Made by a program: the position numbers and the translations under genes
DNA from: a virus
Lineage: Duplodnaviria; Caudoviricetes
Strand: one strand, 5' to 3'
Virus record (IMG/VR): IMGVR_UViG_3300046011_007348
Coordinates: 1 to 64,000 of that record
Length of the DNA: 64,000 nucleotides
In this document: in pieces, positions 48,955-55,188 of the stretch
Position numbering within the stretch: the first letter of the stretch is position 1
How the letters are laid out: every line of letters begins with the position of its first letter
The notes under the pieces: generated by a model
What the model was told of the DNA's origin: nothing
Seen by the model: only the letters and a program-made list of their open reading frames with translations
Databases searched by the model: none

Positions 48955-49139
48955 ACCTCGGATTCGTTGCGTTTTAATTTCATGTATATCTTTATCTTGT
49001 TCCGTAGTTCTAGCTCCTGTATTAATCCACTAACAACTAATCTATTCACAATTGAACTGATAGATTCTTCTGTTTCTTGATGGATTGATTGTAAAACAGC
49101 AAAAACATCAGTTGATACAGACACGGAAACTTGTTTCAT
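48951..49139 (-). CDS. Ribbon-helix-helix (CopG-like) regulator
   Basis: KQVSVSVSTDVFAVLQSI..ESISSIVNRLV; GAGGT RBS. Confidence 0.7.
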   Translation of the reverse strand: MKQVSVSVSTDVFAVLQSIHQETEESISSIVNRLVVSGLIQELELRNKIKIYMKLKRNESEV

Positions 49140-49169
49140 ATTACCTCTCATTGCTTACTAAATTAACTA

Positions 49170-49218
49170 TACATTATGTATAATGTACATAGCAAAAAAG
49201 TCCGACTTTTGTCGGACT
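49170..49218. promoter_or_regulatory. Two palindromic operators between divergent RHH and HTH genes
   Basis: TACATTA-N4-TAATGTA (49170-49187, contains TATAAT) and AGTCCGAC-TTTT-GTCGGACT (49199-49218). Confidence 0.6.
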
Positions 49219-49234
49219 AATGGAGGTAACATAC

Positions 49235-49516
49235 ATGGAAATTATAACTAAATTTAAGCCTATCCCAGACAAATATTCCTCTTTGGATAGACTCATGTGT
49301 CCACTAGAATTTAAACAAAAGTGGAAATTAACGATAGACGAGATGTCTTGGGTGCTGCAAATTAGTCCGGATACTTTTAAATCTTGGGCTGTACCTGAGA
49401 CAAGTGCCAAAAGCAGAAAAACACCTTTAATTGCTTTTGTTGCTTGCAAAGCATTAGACACTCTTTGGGAGCAGCAAGGTATGCCCAACGTTAGAGTTTT
49501 GATGAATTTACATTAA
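49235..49516 (+). CDS. Cro/XRE-like HTH protein
   Basis: PLEFKQKWKLTIDEMSWVLQISPDTFKSW..RKTP; GGAGGT RBS. Confidence 0.65.
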   Translation: MEIITKFKPIPDKYSSLDRLMCPLEFKQKWKLTIDEMSWVLQISPDTFKSWAVPETSAKSRKTPLIAFVACKALDTLWEQQGMPNVRVLMNLH

Positions 49517-49539
49517 AAACTAATTTAATTACAAAAACT

Positions 49540-49605
49540 GTGTACTTTGTCCACGCTATTTGTGTACAGAGTACACTTGCTTTATATATACTTTATTCTT
49601 ATAGT
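49540..49605 (+). promoter_or_regulatory. Promoter of the FtsK-module operon with tandem upstream operators
   Basis: GTGTAC-N3-GT(C/A)CAC at 49540 and 49562; TTGCTT-N17-TATAGT at 49577-49605. Confidence 0.7.
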
Positions 49606-49618
49606 TTAAGCATAGTTC

Positions 49619-49670
49619 CAGAAACATTCCAGAAATAGTTCGGAAGTAAGACGGAAGTAAGGAGGAAAAA
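49619..49670 (-). repeat. 11-bp-period array of 8-mers (left array)
   Basis: CAGAAACA 49619, CAGAAATA 49630, CGGAAGTA 49641, CGGAAGTA 49652 (= TAnTTCYG on the minus strand). Confidence 0.8.
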
Positions 49671-50044
49671 TGGATACAGACATCTTGTATCCTGTTAAAC
49701 ACAAAAGACAGTATAGGAGGAAAACTCAGTCATCGGTGGTGCTATCTGATTGCACCAGAGAAGCAATTGCACTTGAGCTGGAAGTATCTACTAGAACTGT
49801 TCAAGAGTTAATCAGAATTGCATCAACGTATATTGATTTGTTTAATGAGTATACAGATGACAATTACAGATTAAATGGTTTGCCGATAGATTCAAAACAA
49901 CAAGTTGAAGTGTTAAGGCAAATTAGACAAGTTAGACAAAAGTACAGACACGTCAAAGACAAGTCCTTTATTAAGAAGGAGTATCAAAAAATCAACCAAA
50001 GAGTTAAGGAGGAACAAAATGGCAGTCAAGAAAGCAACAGTTAA
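49670..50044 (+). CDS. HTH DNA-binding protein
   Basis: TREAIALELEVSTRTVQELI HTH; GGAGG RBS. Confidence 0.7.
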   Translation: MDTDILYPVKHKRQYRRKTQSSVVLSDCTREAIALELEVSTRTVQELIRIASTYIDLFNEYTDDNYRLNGLPIDSKQQVEVLRQIRQVRQKYRHVKDKSFIKKEYQKINQRVKEEQNGSQESNS

Positions 50045-50621
50045 AGATGTCGCAGCATCAATTGGCTGGACAGTCAAAGAGTTGGTAACAAGACTAAATC
50101 AAGAGCCTGGCATTAATGTCGCTCCTAGTGAAGCTTTTCCGACTTTGTCAGAGGACAGCGAGTTGTGGAAGCAAATCCAAGCTGCTGCTCAAAAAAGTCA
50201 AGTTAGTCAAGAGCCAGTTAAGGAGTCTGTCGCTATTGGAGAAGGCGAGATTAGTCCATACCAAGCGCCAATAGAAACAGTTGAGACATTAGCTGAAGCT
50301 CAGAAAGTATTAGCAGAAGAGACAACTGGCATTCAAGTAGAACAAGCTCGTATACTTGGCTCTGTTGCTGGCATTAATGAAACCATTACATATTTTACAG
50401 CACGCCAACAAGTCACTGAAGCATTGCTTAGACATCATATTGAGCAACAAACTAATCTCACAGATAGTTTAATCGGAAAAGCCAAAGAATCTTCATTTGA
50501 ACTGCACAAGCAGACAAGGAACAGCTTGTCAGGAGCCTATGAATTAAAAAAAACTCTAGAAGAGCAAAAAGCCAGGTTGAAAAACATAGTGACGCAAATG
50601 ACACAATCATTTGGGATGTAA
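50019..50621 (+). CDS. N-terminal HTH-like plus coiled-coil protein; probable -1 frameshift at 50546
   Basis: TVKDVAASIGWTVKELV start; Q/E/A-rich coiled coil; GGAGG RBS. Confidence 0.65.
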   Translation: MAVKKATVKDVAASIGWTVKELVTRLNQEPGINVAPSEAFPTLSEDSELWKQIQAAAQKSQVSQEPVKESVAIGEGEISPYQAPIETVETLAEAQKVLAEETTGIQVEQARILGSVAGINETITYFTARQQVTEALLRHHIEQQTNLTDSLIGKAKESSFELHKQTRNSLSGAYELKKTLEEQKARLKNIVTQMTQSFGM

Positions 50622-50917
50622 TCAGACTGGTTAATGAATCGACTTTAGCGCAAATAGAGTTAGCAATATCGATTGGGCAAATTGAGATGCTTCAGCAAAT
50701 TCTAAAAAGAAGAAAGGAGTTAATTAAAATCATGATTGACACATTGTTAGGAGTATCAAGTGTAGCAGGAGTAGCGACTATAGCAAGTTATTTTGCTGTT
50801 GCCACTGCTGTAGTCAATCCAGTTGTATTAACGGCATTAGGTGCAGCTGCTTTTTTAAGTGGTGTCTATATGCAATTTTCATCATCTAATTCAATTCAAA
50901 TTACCCGGAGAAAATAA
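50543..50917 (+). CDS. Membrane-anchor ORF (ATG 50687/50732), open in the -1 frame from the A8 slippery site
   Basis: Hydrophobic hairpin LLGVSSVAGVATIASYFAVATAVVNPVVLTALGAAAFLSGVY; no stop 50543-50914. Confidence 0.6.
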   Translation: MKKNSRRAKSQVEKHSDANDTIIWDVIRLVNESTLAQIELAISIGQIEMLQQILKRRKELIKIMIDTLLGVSSVAGVATIASYFAVATAVVNPVVLTALGAAAFLSGVYMQFSSSNSIQITRRK

Positions 50918-50918
50918 C

Positions 50919-51176
50919 ATGTTTAACGGAAAAGAACAAATCACAAGTCGTGTAGTAACTCAGATTACTAATACTAAGTTGGAAAATGGTGGTACTTTGC
51001 ATGACAAAATAGAAACGCATTATTCACCAATTAATTCACACGTTGACAACGCGCTGTCCGGTGTCCTTGTGCCTTTATCGATTGCTGCTGGCTTGTGTGC
51101 ATTTGTTGCAGTATCTAACTGGACAGCACCATCACAGTGTCAAAGTCAGGCACAAGTTCAATCTGCTCATAAGTAA
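50919..51176 (+). CDS. Small single-TM membrane protein
   Basis: ALSGVLVPLSIAAGLCAFVAV; GGAG RBS. Confidence 0.6.
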   Translation: MFNGKEQITSRVVTQITNTKLENGGTLHDKIETHYSPINSHVDNALSGVLVPLSIAAGLCAFVAVSNWTAPSQCQSQAQVQSAHK

Positions 51177-51184
51177 GGTGACAC

Positions 51185-51595
51185 ATGCTTAGCACATTGA
51201 AAGGATTTTTCTCTAACACAGGAGACAAATTAGAAAACATTTTGTATGGAGTCAATAAGCCAATTTTCCCATACGTTTACGAAGTAAGTGAGGAGGAAGT
51301 GAAGCAAATTACTGAAGACGCAACTGCGACAGAACAAATGGCTGCAAGAGTAAAAACATATCTAAAAGCAGTGGAAAGAAAAACCAAAAGTGTTGAAGAA
51401 ATGTTTAATGCAAACAATGCTTTTGAAAAGTCAATGATGGCAACTGCTGAAAGATTAAATGACAAGAACAAGATGATGTATGCCGCTCGAAAGGAATACA
51501 AAAAACAATTGCCTTTTAGCGTCAAAAGGTACTTGCACCCAGCAAGGATTGTAGGCGATTCTACAGCAAACATTATCAAAGGAATTTGTCAATGA
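51185..51595 (+). CDS. Coiled-coil hypothetical protein
   Basis: AAGGT RBS; helical heptads. Confidence 0.6.
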   Translation: MLSTLKGFFSNTGDKLENILYGVNKPIFPYVYEVSEEEVKQITEDATATEQMAARVKTYLKAVERKTKSVEEMFNANNAFEKSMMATAERLNDKNKMMYAARKEYKKQLPFSVKRYLHPARIVGDSTANIIKGICQ

Positions 51596-51849
51596 TGGAA
51601 GACGAAAGAATGACAGATATTCAGAATTCAGCAAGGTGGATGTTAGGAGCCAATCAAATACTAATCGTCATAGCTTTTGGTGCTTTTACTGGCTATTTAT
51701 CCCGCTATTATCCACCTTCTAGTTCTGTCACGATAACAGTAATTACGTTTGCATGTATTTGTGGATTTCTGTTTCCAGCTACAAGAAAAATACTACTTTT
51801 AGTTGGAATATTTTATGGACTAGGACTTGTCCTTAGTCATTTGAATTAA
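51586..51849 (+). CDS. Small multi-TM membrane protein
   Basis: Three hydrophobic segments in 87 aa. Confidence 0.65.
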   Translation: MSMMEDERMTDIQNSARWMLGANQILIVIAFGAFTGYLSRYYPPSSSVTITVITFACICGFLFPATRKILLLVGIFYGLGLVLSHLN

Positions 51850-51913
51850 TTGTTTGGGAGGTGCCAAGTGGATACCATTACTTGCCTCCTTATTCATTTT
51901 AAAGGGAGGTATT

Positions 51914-53746
51914 ATGTTCTTTTTTAAATCAAAAGCAAAGCCTAAAGTTGTACACAAGAAATTTGAATTAAGTCCAGTTGTGTTGTACAACTTAATTGGA
52001 GTAACAATTTTAGTTTTTACACCTGCAATGATTAGCTGGAAAAATGCTAAAGAGTTGCGAGTAGCAAGTAGTGCCGTAGCAGTAATGTACTCTATGGTAT
52101 TGTTAAAATATGCCCAAAACAATATTGATGAAGCTGATAGACTTGCCATAGAAAAAGAGCATTACTTTACGGCTTATGCTAATGCTTCTGGGGATGTTTA
52201 TTTAAATTCAGAACAACAAATCAAAAATGCTTTGCTGCCTCCTGCTTCTAGTCCAGAAGTAGACTTAGAAGTTCTGCATCCATTAGAAGATACACTCTTA
52301 AAATTAGGCATCAAAGCAACAATAGATGGAGAGCCAATAGATTCTCCTACGTTTACTAGATTCAAGATAGTGCCTGACAAAGGAGTGCATTATCAAAAAT
52401 TTAATAATTTGTCAGATACTCTAAAAGTTCATATGGGGTATGATACACCTCCACTGATTTCATGTCAAAGCAAGTATGTCTCGATTGATGTAGCAAAGAC
52501 AGACTCAGAAAGACGTTTTTGTGAATATCAAGAATACTCAAACAATTTGAATTATTCTCTTGAGAAGTTCACTGTTCCTATTGGAGTTGACATCAACAAC
52601 AATCTTGTTGAAGTGTCGTTATCAGATGCTAACTCCCCTCATTTATTGATTGCTGGAACTACTGGTAGTGGCAAGAGTGGTTGGTTAGTAGCTTGCATAA
52701 CTAGTTTGCTGGATAGATTTCCTGCTGATAAATGCAGACTATTTTTGATTGATCCAAAGCTAGTTGAGTTTGATATTTTTGAAAAATACAAACAAGTTGA
52801 GTTGGTAACAAAACAAGAAGACGCTCTTACTTTGTTGCACAATTTACTTAACACAATGGAAAGTAGATATGAGCTATTCAAAAAACATAAAGCACGGGAT
52901 TTATCTCAATACAATAGAGAAAATCCTAAGAATATTATGCCACGAGTTGTGGTGTGTTTTGATGAATACGCAACATTCATGGTAGGAGACAGTAAAGATG
53001 ATTTTAACGATTGTTTATCTCAACTAGCACAGAGAGCGAGAAGTGCTGGAATACACCTTGTATTAGCTACTCAGCGTCCTGATGCGACAATTGTCACGCC
53101 TAGGATACGCTCTAACATACCTGCTCGCATTGCATTAAAGACTATCCAACACCAGGATAGTGCTATAATTTTAGGAGTAGAAGATGGCACTTTAAACTCC
53201 AAGAATTTGTGTGGTAAAGGTGACTTAATTGCTAATTACAATGGCAAGCTAGAAAGACTGCAAGGATTGTATGTCAAAGATGTAGATTACACGTTATCAA
53301 ATACTGAAATCAAGGAGTTAACAAATGTAGATTCACCTTACCAAAATGACGAAATTGCCTATAGCTATAGTGAAGCACAAGATAGCGAGAAAGGTGAAGT
53401 GTATACTCACTTCTCCAAAACAGCTCAAAAGGATAGTGTACAAGCATTTGAGTCTAAAAACAAATTTGTAACTAGCTTAGTGAAGCTAAAAATCGCTGCC
53501 TTAATGTCTGGGGATATAGACGAAACTGAGCCGTTATTTGATGATAGTTATGGGCTGTCATCAGAGCAGCAGCTTTTAGTGTTGAAGTTTTTTCTAGACA
53601 AAAACATAGGCAAAGAACGCACAATTAAAGCTCTATGGGGAACAAGTTCTGGTGGTAAAAATCATCATAAATATCAAAAATCAAGTGCTATTTATGATGA
53701 CATGATATCTAAAATAAAAGAACTTGAATACTTAACACAAGTGTAA
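51914..53746 (+). CDS. FtsK/SpoIIIE (TraB-like) membrane-anchored DNA translocase
   Basis: Two N-terminal TM segments, alpha domain (DSPTFTRFKIVP), PHLLIAGTTGSGKS, LIDPK, MESRY, FDEYA, RSAGIHLVLATQRP, L.GKGD; helical C-terminal domain; GGGAGGT RBS. Confidence 0.92.
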   Translation: MFFFKSKAKPKVVHKKFELSPVVLYNLIGVTILVFTPAMISWKNAKELRVASSAVAVMYSMVLLKYAQNNIDEADRLAIEKEHYFTAYANASGDVYLNSEQQIKNALLPPASSPEVDLEVLHPLEDTLLKLGIKATIDGEPIDSPTFTRFKIVPDKGVHYQKFNNLSDTLKVHMGYDTPPLISCQSKYVSIDVAKTDSERRFCEYQEYSNNLNYSLEKFTVPIGVDINNNLVEVSLSDANSPHLLIAGTTGSGKSGWLVACITSLLDRFPADKCRLFLIDPKLVEFDIFEKYKQVELVTKQEDALTLLHNLLNTMESRYELFKKHKARDLSQYNRENPKNIMPRVVVCFDEYATFMVGDSKDDFNDCLSQLAQRARSAGIHLVLATQRPDATIVTPRIRSNIPARIALKTIQHQDSAIILGVEDGTLNSKNLCGKGDLIANYNGKLERLQGLYVKDVDYTLSNTEIKELTNVDSPYQNDEIAYSYSEAQDSEKGEVYTHFSKTAQKDSVQAFESKNKFVTSLVKLKIAALMSGDIDETEPLFDDSYGLSSEQQLLVLKFFLDKNIGKERTIKALWGTSSGGKNHHKYQKSSAIYDDMISKIKELEYLTQV

Positions 53747-53761
53747 TATTAAATATTGTGT

Positions 53762-53824
53762 TAGTTCCGTTTTACTTCTGTTGTAGTTCTGCTTTACTGC
53801 TGAAGTATTACCGGAATTTAACCG
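53762..53824 (+). repeat. 11-bp-period array of 8-mers (right array)
   Basis: TAGTTCCG 53762, TACTTCTG 53773, TAGTTCTG 53784, TACTGCTG 53795, TATTACCG 53806, TTTAACCG 53817. Confidence 0.8.
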
Positions 53825-53922
53825 GTATTTTGGTGTTAACACATTGCCAATACTGTAAGTAGCTGGGAACAGCAAACAGTCTTAATAGTTCACTCACGTC
53901 AAACAAATCCAGTAAGCAAATT

Positions 53923-54501
53923 ATGATTAAAAACGATAAGTGGATTCTAGAAGAATGTAAAAAAGGGATGATTCAACCATATGAAACACAACTTGTTAAA
54001 TACAACAATGGCAAGCGAATTAGTTATGGATTATCTTCTTATGGTTATGATATTAGTTTGTCTGACACAGAATTCTGGGTGTTTAGAAATGATAACAATA
54101 CTGTTGTCAACCCCAAGAATTTTATTAGAACAAATCTAGAATCTGTGCCTTTGCAAAAAGATGAATATGGAGAGTTTTTTGTAATTCCAGCCCACTCTTA
54201 TGGATTGGGAGTTGCACTAGAGAAAATTACAATGCCTGACAATGTAACTGCTGTTTGTGTTGGTAAAAGCACTTATGCCAGAGTTGGATTGATTGCTAAC
54301 ATCACTCCTGTTGAAGCTGGATGGAGTGGACATTTAACATTAGAATTTAGCAATTCTTCCGGTGCTGACTGCCGAATTTATGCAAATGAGGGAATAGCAC
54401 AATTACTGTTTTTTGAAGGTGAGACTTGCTCTACAAGCTATAGTCAAAGACAAGGCAAGTATCAAGATCAGCCTGAGAAAGTGGTATTCGCTAAAGTCTA
54501 A
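53923..54501 (+). CDS. dcd: dCTP deaminase
   Basis: ISYGLSSYGYD, GKSTYARVG, TPVEAGWSGHLTLE, YANEGIAQLLF, GKYQDQ. Confidence 0.95.
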   Translation: MIKNDKWILEECKKGMIQPYETQLVKYNNGKRISYGLSSYGYDISLSDTEFWVFRNDNNTVVNPKNFIRTNLESVPLQKDEYGEFFVIPAHSYGLGVALEKITMPDNVTAVCVGKSTYARVGLIANITPVEAGWSGHLTLEFSNSSGADCRIYANEGIAQLLFFEGETCSTSYSQRQGKYQDQPEKVVFAKV

Positions 54502-55148
54502 GATTGTTGGATTACATTCTCTATAAGAGCAGCAATCTCCGCTGCTTTTTTAACTTGTGGGCATTTAATAATATGGCAACATACTCTTTCTAATAACAAA
54601 AATCCAACATACTTGCCTTCAATTAAGTAAAACATATAGCTATAAGTCTTCCTCGACTCTAACCATGTTTGGCATACCTTGCCATTTTTGACATTAGAAA
54701 ACACATATTTATCACCAGATTCTAATAAAAAATTAACTTGCAATGATACGTAAGAATAAATACATTTATTGTCTAAAACTTGCATTTTTTTTGTTTTAGC
54801 ACATACTTCTATCCAGGTGGAAAAGCTATCTGCAAATATGCCTTTATCAGTCCTCTTTGTCTGATCCAAAAAGAATAATGTAACTCTATTAAATCCTGCA
54901 CTTATCAGCTCTTGTAAATATGATTTAATGTATTCCTCCTCTTTAGTGGTAAAGGATGGTGTATTTAATGTGTTCATGGAATTTATTCTGTCATTTAATG
55001 TTTTTACACTTTTCTTAATCAAGTAAATTATCCATGCACTTATTAAAGAAAATAAGATAGGAAATGCGTCTATAATCAATTGAGACGCGACAGATGACAC
55101 TAAAGATAAATCGTTATTTTGAGAAGGAACTTCTTTGTATTCAGCCAT
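54498..55148 (-). CDS. Putative holin (single TM plus soluble GAF-like domain, T4 gpt-like topology)
   Basis: One TM (FPILFSLISAWIIYLI) then RVTLFF..VGFLLLE. Confidence 0.4.
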   Translation of the reverse strand: MAEYKEVPSQNNDLSLVSSVASQLIIDAFPILFSLISAWIIYLIKKSVKTLNDRINSMNTLNTPSFTTKEEEYIKSYLQELISAGFNRVTLFFLDQTKRTDKGIFADSFSTWIEVCAKTKKMQVLDNKCIYSYVSLQVNFLLESGDKYVFSNVKNGKVCQTWLESRKTYSYMFYLIEGKYVGFLLLERVCCHIIKCPQVKKAAEIAALIENVIQQS

Positions 55149-55188
55149 TTTTTTGCTCCCTAGCTGCTCTTAAATAAAAGTTGCCAAT

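Noticed and set aside
49613-49670. Short repeat arrays here and at 53762-53824 as CRISPR mini-arrays
   Set aside because: Period is 11 bp with 3-bp spacers; no 25-40-bp repeats or spacers and no cas gene in the window
51914-53746. FtsK ATPase as packaging motor, host chromosomal ftsK, or type VII secretion EssC
   Set aside because: A terminase is already encoded; the context is phage; there is a single ATPase domain and no WXG100 or FHA features were recognised
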